Below, piece after piece: positions 12,014 through 22,610 of a DNA stretch of 64,000 nt (positions are counted from its first letter, which is position 1; each line of letters begins with the position of its first letter). Source of the stretch: Octopus sinensis. Its lineage: Eukaryota. The stretch covers positions 97,960,001 to 98,024,000 of the forward strand of contig NC_043003.1 in assembly GCF_006345805.1 (NCBI RefSeq), in the 5' to 3' direction. Below the pieces are notes generated by a model, which was not told the DNA's origin, did no database searches, and saw nothing but the letters and a program-made list of their open reading frames with translations. The position numbers and the translations under genes are program-made.

Positions 12014-12265
12014 GTAGGAGAGTCCAGTTTGCTGGACATTGTTGTAGAGCTGAAAAAGAGGTAATTTCTACTCTTCTCCTCTGGAAGCCATCTACTCGCA
12101 ATACCAGAGAACGCACACTCTCCTACCCTGATGTAATCTCCAGGAATACAGGCAGCCAGCAACAGGACCTCCGTAATGCCATGATGGACCGTGAAGTCTG
12201 GCGTAGCATGGTAAATTCCATTGTCTCGACCACGGTCGAACAATGATGATGATTATGATGATGAT
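12014..12265 (+). mobile_element. 5'-truncated 3' end of an RTE-like LINE inserted in (TG)n
   Basis: RRVQFAGHCCRAEKEVISTLLLWKPS...DREVWRSMVNSIVSTTVEQ* followed by an (ATG)n tail; near-identical to 27915-28170. Confidence 0.9.
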
Positions 12266-12281
12266 GTGTGTATGTGTGTGT

Positions 12282-12585
12282 GGAGGCGCAATGGCTCAGT
12301 GGTTAGGGCAGCGGACTCGCGGTCGTAGGATCGTGGTTTCGATTCCCAGACCGGGCGTTCTGAGTGTTTATTGAGCGAAAACACCTAGAGCTCCACGAGG
12401 CTCCGGCAGGGTGGTGGTGGCGATCCCTGCTGTACTCTTTCGCCACAACTCTCTTTCTTCTGTTGGCCTGCTCGCTTAGCCAGCAGGGTGGCGTCATTTG
12501 AAGGCTAAAACAATGCGAAGCGCATTGTGACCAGCGATGTGTAGCAACATCTGATAGCCTGATCGGTCACAGTGATCACGGTGAT
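12282..12585 (+). mobile_element. tRNA-derived SINE family C
   Basis: GGAGGCGCAATGGCTCAGTGGTTAGGGCAGCGGACTCGC...GGTTTCGATTCCC head with A and B boxes; head shared with 52395 (minus strand). Confidence 0.85.
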
Positions 12586-12732
12586 ATATATATATATATA
12601 TATATCAACATCACAATCAAGGAACGGCCATAATAGGCCATTCACCCACTAGAAATAACAGCCAAAAGCTTCAACCGCAAAATAACATCAATTCCGTAAA
12701 CCAGGAGAAAATTAAAAAACATTTACCCTGTA

Positions 12733-12839
12733 ATTTCTTATACGATGCACCGTTTCATCTACTGTTTAATGGTAAACTAACCTGATTAAATTAAATCAAG
12801 CCAATCTACCATAGGCCCTTAGATTCATCAGTAAGAAAT
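12733..12839 (-). ncRNA. Type I hammerhead ribozyme, array copy 1
   Basis: Reverse complement of the 15743-15849 motif; appears identical by eye. Confidence 0.9.
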
Positions 12840-13221
12840 AGCCAAGTCGGAACAGATATTTTTCACGAGGCATTCCCGTCCCTGCCTCGGCAATATCTGA
12901 CCTAAAATTTTCAAATCATCGCACTCGCGCCAATTTATCGGCAGCAAATAAATATAAGCCGCCGATTCCATTACGGAATTAACCAGAAAATTCATAATTA
13001 ATCAATATAGGGTGGCAAAAAATTTTGTAGAATTTTTTTTGCCACCAGCGGCCTAGTGGGAAAAAATTAAATAGTCATAGACCATTTTTAAGTTCAACAT
13101 CACAATCAAGGAACGGCCATAATAGGCCATTCACCCACTAGAAATAACAGCCAAAAGCTTCAACCGCAAAATAACATCAATTCCGTAAACCAGGAGAAAA
13201 TTAAAAAACATTTACCCTGTA

Positions 13222-13328
13222 ATTTCTTATACGATGCACCGTTTCATCTACTGTTTAATGGTAAACTAACCTGATTAAATTAAATCAAGCCAATCTACCA
13301 TAGGCCCTTAGATTCATCAGTAAGAAAT
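13222..13328 (-). ncRNA. Type I hammerhead ribozyme, array copy 2
   Basis: As copy 1. Confidence 0.9.
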
Positions 13329-13711
13329 AGCCAAGTCGGAACAGATATTTTTCACGAGGCATTCCCGTCCCTGCCTCGGCAATATCTGACCTAAAATTTT
13401 CAAATCATCGCACTCGCGCCAAATTTATCGGCAGCAAATAAATATAAGCCGCCGATTCCATTACGGAATTAACCAGAAATTTCATAATTAATCAATATAG
13501 GGTGGCAAAAAATTTTGTAGAATTTTTTTTGCCATCAGCGGCCTAGTGGGAAAAAATTAAATAGTCATAGACCATTTTTAAGTTCAACATCACAATCAAG
13601 GAACGGCCATAATAGGCCATTCACCCACTAGAAATAACAGCCAAAAGCTTCAACCGCAAAATAACATCAATTCCGTAAACCAGGAGAAAATTTAAAAACA
13701 TTTACCCTGTA

Positions 13712-13818
13712 ATTTCTTATACGATGCACCGTTTCATCTACTGTTTAATGGTAAACTAACCTGATTAAATTAAATCAAGCCAATCTACCATAGGCCCTTA
13801 GATTCATCAGTAAGAAAT
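13712..13818 (-). ncRNA. Type I hammerhead ribozyme, array copy 3
   Basis: As copy 1. Confidence 0.9.
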
Positions 13819-14200
13819 AGCCAAGTCCGAACAGATATTTTTCACGAGGCATTCCCGTCCCTGCCTCGGCAATATCTGACCTAAAATTTTCAAATCATCG
13901 CACTCGCGCCAAATTTATCGGCAGCAAATAATATAAGCCGCCGATTCCATTACGGAATTAACCAGAAATTTCATAATTAATCAATATAGGGTGGCAAAAA
14001 ATTTTGTAGAATTTTTTTTGCCACCAGCGGCCTAGTGGGAAAAAATTAAATAGTCATAGACCATTTTTAAGTTCAACATCACAATCAAGGAACGGCCATA
14101 ATAGGCCATTCACCCACTAGAAATAACAGCCAAAAGCTTCAACCGCAAAATAACATCAATTCCGTAAACCAGGAGAAAATTAAAAAACATTTACCCTGTA

Positions 14201-14307
14201 ATTTCTTATACGATGCACCGTTTCATCTACTGTTTAATGGTAAACTAACCTGATTAAATTAAATCAAGCCAATCTACCATAGGCCCTTAGATTCATCAGT
14301 AAGAAAT
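14201..14307 (-). ncRNA. Type I hammerhead ribozyme, array copy 4
   Basis: As copy 1. Confidence 0.9.
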
Positions 14308-14690
14308 AGCCAAGTCCGAACAGATATTTTTCACGAGGCATTCCCGTCCCTGCCTCGGCAATATCTGACCTAAAATTTTCAAATCATCGCACTCGCGCCA
14401 AATTTATCGGCAGCAAATAAATATAAGCCGCCGATTCCATTACGGAATTAACCAGAAATTTCATAATTAATCAATATAGGGTGGCAAAAAATTTTGTAGA
14501 ATTTTTTTTGCCACCAGCGGCCTAGTGGGAAAAAATTAAATAGTCATAGACCATTTTTAAGTTCAACATCACAATCAAGGAACGGCCATAATAGGCCATT
14601 CACCCACTAGAAATAACAGCCAAAAGCTTCAACCGCAAAATAACATCAATTCCGTAAACCAGGAGAAAATTAAAAAACATTTACCCTGTA

Positions 14691-14797
14691 ATTTCTTATA
14701 CGATGCACCGTTTCATCTACTGTTTAATGGTAAACTAACCTGATTAAATTAAATCAAGCCAATCTACCATAGGCCCTTAGATTCATCAGTAAGAAAT
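14691..14797 (-). ncRNA. Type I hammerhead ribozyme, array copy 5
   Basis: As copy 1. Confidence 0.9.
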
Positions 14798-15252
14798 AGC
14801 CAAGTCGGAACAGATATTTTTCACGAGGCATTCCCGTCCCTGCCTCGGCAATATCTGACCTAAAATTTTCAAATCATCGCACTCGCGCCAAATTTATCGG
14901 CAGCAAATAAATATAAGCCGCCGATTCCATTACGGAATTAACCAGAAATTTCATAATTAATCAATATAGGGTGGCAAAAAATTTTGTAGAATTTTTTTGT
15001 CACCAGCGGCCTAGTGGGAAAAAATTAAATAGTCATAGACCATTTTTAAGTTCAACATCACAATCAAGGAACGGCCATAATAGGCCATTCACCCACTGGT
15101 GGCAAAAAAATTCTACAAAATGGAATCGGCGGCTTATATTTATTTGCTGCCGATAAATTTGGCGCGAGTGCGATGATTTGAAAATTTTAGGTCAGATATT
15201 GTCGAGGCAGGGACGGGAATGCCTCGTGAAAAATATCTGTTCCGACTTGGCT

Positions 15253-15359
15253 ATTTCTTACTGATGAATCTAAGGGCCTATGGTAGATTGGCTTGATTTA
15301 ATTTAATCAGGTTAGTTTACCATTAAACAGTAGATGAAACGGTGCATCGTATAAGAAAT
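15253..15359 (+). ncRNA. Type I hammerhead ribozyme, inverted-arm copy 6
   Basis: ATTTCTTA-CTGATGA-ATCTA...TAGAT-GAAACGG-TGCA-TCGTA-TAAGAAAT. Confidence 0.9.
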
Positions 15360-15742
15360 TACAGGGTAAATGTTTTTTAATTTTCTCCTGGTTTACGGAA
15401 TTGATGTTATTTTGCGGTTGAAGCTTTTGGCTGTTATTTCTAGTGGGTGAATGGCCTATTATGGCCGTTCCTTGATTGTGATGTTGAACTTAAAAATGGT
15501 CTATGACTATTTAATTTTTTCCCACTAGGCCGCTGGTGGCAAAAAAAATTCTACAAAATTTTTTGCCACCCTATATTGATTAATTATGAAATTTCTGGTT
15601 AATTCCGTAATGGAATCGGCGGCTTATATTTATTTGCTGCCGATAAATTTGGCGCGAGTGCGATGATTTGAAAATTTTAGGTCAGATATTGCCGAGGCAG
15701 GGACGGGAATGCCTCGTGAAAAATATCTGTTCCGACTTGGCT

Positions 15743-15849
15743 ATTTCTTACTGATGAATCTAAGGGCCTATGGTAGATTGGCTTGATTTAATTTAATCAG
15801 GTTAGTTTACCATTAAACAGTAGATGAAACGGTGCATCGTATAAGAAAT
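15743..15849 (+). ncRNA. Type I hammerhead ribozyme, inverted-arm copy 7 (predicted cleavage after A15841)
   Basis: Stem I ATTTCTTA (15743-50)/TAAGAAAT (15842-49); core CTGATGA (15751-57); stem II ATCTA/TAGAT extended by a 19-bp helix; GAAA (15826-29); stem III ACGG/TCGT with a TGCA loop; GUA site. Confidence 0.92.
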
Positions 15850-16061
15850 TACAGGGTAAATGTTTTTTAATTTTCTCCTGGTTTACGGAATTGATGTTAT
15901 TTTGCGGTTGAAGCTTTTGGCTGTTATTTCTAGTGGGTGAATGGCCTATTATGGCCGTTCCTTGATTGTGATGTTGAACTTAAAAATGGTCTATGACTAT
16001 TTAATTTTTTCCCACTAGGCCGCGTGCGTGTGTGGTCGTGTGTGTGCGCGGGCGTTTGCGA

Positions 16062-16108
<47 letters not shown>

Positions 16109-16210
16109 CTAATGCTGGTTTTTTTAGTGTCCCGTAAGACCGACAGGATTGAAACAAGCAAAAGAATACAAGAAACTAATACTTGTATTTATATACCCGA
16201 TCGTCTTTTG

Positions 16211-16826
16211 GGATCTTTTCCTTTTGAACGGCACATGTCAACACAATTTCTAGTTAACTAAACACTTTAAAACTTCGTATACTGGTAGAATGTGTCAAAA
16301 TAAAACATTTTTTTCTCTTGGTTTTCTTGAGAAAATTGTAATTCGTTTGTTTAACGTAGTTTAATTTTTCGAATGTTAACCAATCAATTGCCTCTAATTG
16401 AGCTAAAATCATTTGCTGCGTCTAAAACTGAGATAACGTCCTGTCACTAACTCTAACCCTAAATTTTAGCCTTTCGTTTTTTTTTTCTTAATTGTTAAAT
16501 TAATTTAAGGATAACAATTAAGAAAAAAAAACGAAAAGCTAAAATTTAGAGTTAGGGTTAGGGTGAGGGTGAGTGTGAGGGTTAGTGTTAGTGACAGGAT
16601 GTTGTCTCAGTTTTAGACGCAGCAAATGATTTTAGCTCAATTAGAGGCGATTCATTGGTTAAAATTCGAAAAATCAAACTACGTTAAAGAAACAAATTAT
16701 GATTTTCTCAAGAAAGCCAAGAGAAAAAATGTTTTATTTTGAGACATTCTACCAGTATACGAAGTTTTAAAGTGTTTAGTTAACTAGAAATTGTGTTGAC
16801 ATGTGCCGTTCAAAAGGAAAAGATCC
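16211..16826. mobile_element. Foldback MITE of the GGATC-terminal family with a central (CCCTAA)-like tract
   Basis: Arms of about 290 bp, GGATCTTTTCCTTTTGAACGGCAC...GTGCCGTTCAAAAGGAAAAGATCC; 8-bp TSD GTCTTTTG/ATCTTTTG. Confidence 0.9.
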
Positions 16827-17561
16827 ATCTTTTGAATTGAAATCGTTGTTGAGAAAAAATTCTGAGAGAAATATTAAGAAATAGGCATAGGCGTGGTTGT
16901 GTGGTAAGAAACTTGCCTCCCCAACGACATCGTTCCGAGTTCAATCCCACTGCGTGGCCTGTTGGGAAAGTGTCTTCTACCATAACCTCCGACCGAAGTA
17001 AGACTTGTGAGTAGATTTGGTAGGCGGAAACTGAAAGAAGCCAGTCGTGTATATATGTGTGTATGCATATGTTTGTGGTTCCCCCACACTGCCGCGTGAC
17101 AACCGGTGTTGGTGTGTTTACACCCCGGAAACTTAGCGGCTATAGCTTTGTTAAGCTATACGCAAACAAACTAGTGGAGACGAGAATACATTTCTCAACA
17201 GGTTTATTACTTTACGTACATTCAGATTCGTTTCACACTCACTGTTGACATTATTTTGTTTACCTTCTCCTACCGGAAGCCCCGCCCCACCTTTTTGGGT
17301 TTTTTTTTTTTTTTTTTTTTTTTTGCTTTTTTGCTGCTGACCAACTTTCTAGCTACTCCGCAGCGAAGTTTCGTCTGTTACCAATCCTGCCCTACATAGC
17401 TCCCCACCCCATCCCCGAACTGTTGCCTGTCATTAGAACCGGGAAGGCGTTTTAATTGTCCTACCCATGCGTGTGGTTACTCGTTTCTTTGGTGACTCTT
17501 CCTTGTCAAGGGTTGGTGTGATCTGTCTCGGACGAACCCTGCCTGGTGACTGGGCCGCCAC

Positions 17562-18790
17562 CTAAACGAGGCTGTGAATATCGAGATGGGTCGGTTTCAA
17601 TCTATCGATAGAGACTGTGTCTTGTCGTCCGCCAATTAGGAGTTGGAATGTTTTATCTCCCGGATGTATGACTTCGTATGGACCATCGTAGGATGACTGG
17701 AGGGGTTTTCGTCGTGTATTGCAGCGAACGAACACAAAGTTAGCCGTATGGAGGTCATCTGGTACGGATGATCTGGGTGTACTTATTTCTTTGCTACCCA
17801 CAAGGGGCTAAACACAGAGAGGATAAACAAGGACAGACAAACGGGTTAAGTCGATAATTCGACCCCAGTGCGTAACTGGTACTTATTTAATCGACCCTGA
17901 AAGGATGAAAGGCAAAGTCGACCTCGGTGGAATTTGAACTCAAAACGTAGCGGCAGACGAAATACCTATTTCTTTACTACCCACAAGGGGCTAAACACAG
18001 AGAGGACAAACAAGGACAGACAAACGGGTTAAGTCGATAATTCGACCCCAGTGCGTAACTGGTACTTATTTAATCGACCCCGAAAGGATGAAAGGCAAAG
18101 TCGACCTCGGCGGAATTTGAACTCAGAACGTAGCGGCAGACGAAATACCGCTCAGCATTTCGCCCAGCGTGCTACCGATTCTGCCAGCTCGCCGCCTTAA
18201 TGATCTGGGTGTACCGTGTGTCGACATGGGAACAGCGCGCAACTGACCCACGCCAGTTGAGCGAGGTACCTTTTGACATTCGGGTCTGACTTCGTATTCG
18301 GAAGGAACTCTCCTGGCACTGTTAGAGCACCGTACACCATTTCCGCGGAGGAAGTGTTGAGATTTTCTTTTTGGGTATCACCCATGGGAATTGGTCAATA
18401 CAATTTGGCCAGTTAAGTCTGGTTGTCAGGGATTCCTTCAAGCAGCGGTGAAATCTCTCCACTAATCCGTTGGCCTGTGGGCGGTAGGCTGTTGTGCGGT
18501 TCATTGTGATCCCGAAAAGATCACACATGTCATTCCACAGCTTTGAGGTGAATTGTGGACCCCGATCGGATGAGATGCTGTCTGGGACACCGAAACAAGC
18601 GACCCAGTTTGTGATGAAGGCTCGGCTGACTTCTTGTGTTTCTGTACTGCGGAGAGGGATATCTTCAGGCCAACGGGTGTAGCGGTCTACCAAGGTCAGT
18701 AGATACGAGCAACCCTGTGAAGGTGGTAGGGGGCCGATAAGGTCGATGTTGACATGGCTGAAACAGGTCTGAGGTGGTTCATAGTTGTCG
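17562..18790 (-). pseudogene. pol: Integrase core and GPY/F domain, interrupted by a SINE
   Basis: FSHVNIDLIGPLP...VDRYTRWPE...ISSDRGPQFTS...TTAYRPQANGLVERFHRCLK and SYDGPYEV...VSIDRLKP. Confidence 0.9.
17783..18199 (-). mobile_element. Dimeric (3'-duplicated) SINE family A with a single 15-bp TSD
   Basis: ATGATCTGGGTGTAC at 17768-17782 and 18200-18214; two tandem SINE bodies lie between them. Confidence 0.9.
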
Positions 18791-19089
18791 AGGAGTCGTC
18801 TTCCCCGCAAATCAACCAGTAGCAAGTGTGCTCGAAAAGATTCTCCACCGATTATGGACTGATGGACATCGGCGATGGTGAGTGCCTATGTGTATTTTTG
18901 TGAGCCGATGTTGAGAGAAAGGGTGAAACAACCGTATGCCTCGATTGTGGACCCGTTGGCGACTGTTAAAGGTTGGCTCTGCTTTCCGTGACTGAGGCCC
19001 CTTGCCGACGCCGGGATCACGCTGACCTCTGCTCCTGAGTCGATTAGGAACTTGCGTCCGGAGCTGCGATCTCGGACTAAGAGGAGCAT
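18790..19089 (-). pseudogene. pol: Aspartic protease (frameshifted)
   Basis: LLVRDRSSGRKFLIDSGAEVSVIP...LTVANGSTI, then ADVHQSIIG...HLLLVDLRGRRLLD. Confidence 0.88.
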
Positions 19090-19099
19090 TTGGTCATTC

Positions 19100-19771
19100 T
19101 GCCGGCCACCAGGGCGTTCAATGGCGGCCGGTCCTGGAGTTTCCCTGGGTCACTGGTGAAGGGGTCCCGAACCTACATACTTGTTTGCACTTTGTCGCCT
19201 TTTCCCCGAACTTTGCGTGGTAGAAGCACCGGTCATCATGCTTAACTATACCCTGTCTCGGGGCCGACCCTATGGCGTTGCTCATGGCACCACTGGATAA
19301 AAAGTGTTTGTCAGCTGCCTTTGCTAATTGCCGCAGACCCTTGATTTCGGTCTGAGTTACGAGGCCCTGGACCTGGGGTGGCAGCTTGCGGAGGAATATT
19401 TCCTTAAACAAAAAGGAAGATGACTTACCAAGAGGTGGGGAACTAATGCCAACATCCTGTTCATCAGTTTCGAAGGCTTGGAATTGCCTAATTCCTCCTC
19501 CAGTATCTTGGCTGCTGCTTCTCTTTCAGTGCATCAGAATGTATCCGCTAGCCTATCTTTCAATATGGTGTATTTTTTCGTTGGTGGGGGTTAAAATGTC
19601 CAGCACCCTCGTTGCCGTATCTTCGTCTAGTGCTGCTACAACGTACGAGTACTTCGTTTGGTGGACCGTTACCTTGTTTATATCGAATTGAGCTACCGCC
19701 TGCGCGAACCACAGTTCAGCCCTTTTGGGCCAGAACTGTGGTAGCCTCAGTATTGTTTTGTTGCTAGCCAT
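19100..19771 (-). pseudogene. gag: Gag (frameshifted)
   Basis: LRLPQFWPKRAELWFAQAVAQF...TKYSYVVAALD and CFYHAKFGEKATKCKQVC (Cx2Hx9Cx3C). Confidence 0.9.
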
Positions 19772-20341
19772 GTTTGTTTCGATAGCGAATGCTGTTGTTC
19801 TATCGTCTGGTCACCAGCTATAGCTTTGTATACGCAAACTAGTGGAGACGAGAATACATTTATCAAAGGTCTATTACTTTACGTACATCAGGGCTTAAGT
19901 CGCCAGTTATTTCTATTTAGTACATTCACTGTTGACATTCTTTTGTTTATCTTCTCCTACCGAAAGTCCCCTTTTTTTTTTCTTTTTTTTTTTTTTTTTG
20001 GTGCTGATCAACTTCCTAGCTAGCCCACAGCGAAGTTTCTGTCTACAGTTCGTCTGTCACGAATCCTACCCTACACGGCTCAGCAAAATGGACCGACAGA
20101 ATAAGTACCAGGCTTTTAAAAAAACAAGTACTGAGGTCGACTCAACCGACTAAAATTTTTCAAGACAGTGCCCCAGCATGGCTGCAGTCCAATGACTGAA
20201 ACATTTGAAAGATAAAGAATAAAAGATAAATCCTAAAAAATGTTTCACACACACACATTCACATACCCCACTTTTACATACATACACACACACACATATT
20301 CACACAGAGTTGAAACGCTGTTTGATTTATTTTATTCAGCA

Positions 20342-20737
20342 CTAGCAGTATCGCCCGGCGTTGCTCGGGTTTGTAAGGAAAATAACTATATAAGCATTTT
20401 TAGAGAGTTATAGCCAAAAAATAGCAAAAAAATGCATTAAAAATTGAAAAAAAATTAAGGTAAATTTTTTTTTAAATCGTTGACACATCGTAGATATTTT
20501 TAGAGAGTTATTTCCCTTATATAAAAGCGAAAAAAATGCATTAAAATGGAAAAATATGATGGTAAATTTTTTTTAAATCGTAGACTCATCGTAGACGCAC
20601 GCTAATACCCAGAAGGGCTCGATATGAATCACGACTATAAGATACCCGCTTTTGGTTAAACTGCACCGCAAAATGTGGGAGTAGTTAGGAATCTAAATCG
20701 TAGTAGACAGACACACAACTTCACTCTTATATAAAGA
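20342..20737 (-). mobile_element. Helitron-like family H1 copy
   Basis: Same termini as the other copies. Confidence 0.8.
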
Positions 20738-22339
20738 TGCTTTTTTTTTCAGTCATAGAGTTAGATTTATGAAGGTCTTCAGTAGAAAATCCTTCGAATT
20801 CTGACTCGCTGCTTGATATAATGAAATTCGTATCCATTTTTTGTCAGAATTACAAATTTTGAAAACACAATAGGAACAAATTTCGGAAAAAAATCTCCCA
20901 TAATTCACGGAATTAAAATTACACTTCGATTTTTGTACAAAACTGTAGTTGAAGTGTTTACGAAGTATAATACGTGTTTTCACGAATGTACTAAAGAGAT
21001 TTGCTCTGATATTTTCATTTTAATATGAATAGGTAAATTCGGGCGGCTTGGTAACGAAAGGGTTACACGGATGCATACATTTATTAATCTCTTATTATAA
21101 TAACTATATATAAGTGTCGTCTGTTTATACATAAACACTGTTTCATACTGCAATTATATATACATATATCTATATATAATATTATATAATAAAATATATA
21201 CAGAGTAAAATAAAAACCAATTTACCTTTTCTGTCCGTCCGTGTGTCTTTGCAAATGTGTTGGAATGATAAGTGAGTTGAGTTTTGGCGCCTTTTTTACT
21301 AATAACAAACACACACGTGTTTGTATGTAGTTGTATGTGTATATAGTTGTATGTAGTTGTATATGTATGTGTATGCGTGTGTGTGAGGAATGACACACAC
21401 ACACTCACGCACGCACACATGTACATCAATGCTTTCGGAGTGATATGTTAAAATATTGAGTTTTCTCGAATTTTGTCTTAATTGGTGGTAAAATTGAAAG
21501 AAATTTTTTATGGCATCACCCACTGAAGTACTCTGAAAAATCTTAGGTAAATTCTAATTGAAGAAATTGTGTGAGGAGTAAATGGTTATGTATTTATTTG
21601 TTTCTGTTTGCTGTGTTTTTTTTATTTTTTGAGTAGTGGTTTAAATACTTTCAGTTTAGTCTTCGTCAAATCACTCTGTCGCTATTTACTTTCATTTTAT
21701 TCGTTGCACACTGTGTGTGTGCGTTTGCATGTGGTGTAAACCAGACTAAGAAAAGCATTTGACACACACACCAGAATGTGAGTTTTCTGTAAATTTTGCT
21801 TAATTGGAGTTTAAATTTTAAAAACTGGACCTGGCATGACGCGATGCATTCTACTCTTAAAAATGCTAGGTAAATTGTAATTGAAGAAATCCTATATTGT
21901 AGATTTCTATAACTCCCAAAGGGAGGCAGATAAAATCTGCCTTTTATAATAAGAGATACAATTTTCATCATCCCACTACCAAGAATGACATCACCCCTTC
22001 CTTCCTTATTCATCTATCACCCCTTCCTTTCTCATTCATAAACACAAGAGTATTATTATAGTAGGTTATCTCGGTAATCATAGGAGCTATGAAAAAATAC
22101 AAAGCCCAGCAACACCACCAGATCATTCTACACATCTGTGTAATTTTTCGCGCAATTCCACCCAGCCGTTTGACCGTGAATCTCAAGACAAGAAATAATC
22201 GCCCATGTCAAATTTTATACGTATAGATATATGTGATTATCATTTGAATAAAAACGGTGAAGAGTAACATTACTTTCATTTATACAAAGTGAAAAATATA
22301 CTACTTTCATTTTTGAATACATTACTTTCGTTATTTTGC

Positions 22340-22610
<271 letters not shown>

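Larger units (their letters stand above)
12606..15097 (-). repeat. Tandem array of a 489-490 bp unit, 5 full copies plus about 45 bp; the ribozyme strand is minus
   Basis: Unit start CAACATCACAATCAAGG at 12606, 13095, 13585, 14074, 14564 and 15053; only a few substitutions or homopolymer indels between copies. Confidence 0.98.
15098..16023 (+). repeat. Inverted arm of the same array (about 1.9 units), head-to-head with the left arm
   Basis: Reverse complement of the left-arm unit. Junction CACCCACT|GGTGGC at 15097/15098, and about 51 bp deleted at about 15120. Confidence 0.97.
17141..20075 (-). mobile_element. Internally deleted Ty3/Gypsy LTR retrotransposon, CsRn1-like
   Basis: LTRs at 19819-20075 and 17141-17396 (TG...TA); TSD CGGC; PBS TGGTGACCAGACG resembling the tRNA-Trp complement (about 19804-19816); PPT GGGGATGGGGTGGGGAG next to the 3' LTR; CHCC gag knuckle; DSG protease; integrase with GPY/F domain. 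Confidence 0.92.
16884..20230 (+). mobile_element. SINE family B split by the LTR retrotransposon (halves 16884-17140 and 20076-20230)
   Basis: The family motif ACTTAGCGGTTCGGCAAAA is interrupted at CGGC, which is duplicated on both sides. Confidence 0.85.

Noticed and set aside
12282-12345. tRNA-like heads of SINE families A, B and C
   Set aside because: They run into SINE bodies, lack a closed acceptor stem and are multi-copy, so they are not tRNA genes.
12606-16023. Array as 5S rDNA, an snRNA cluster or a coding repeat
   Set aside because: No 5S, U-snRNA or tRNA similarity recognised, and no substantial ORF in the unit.
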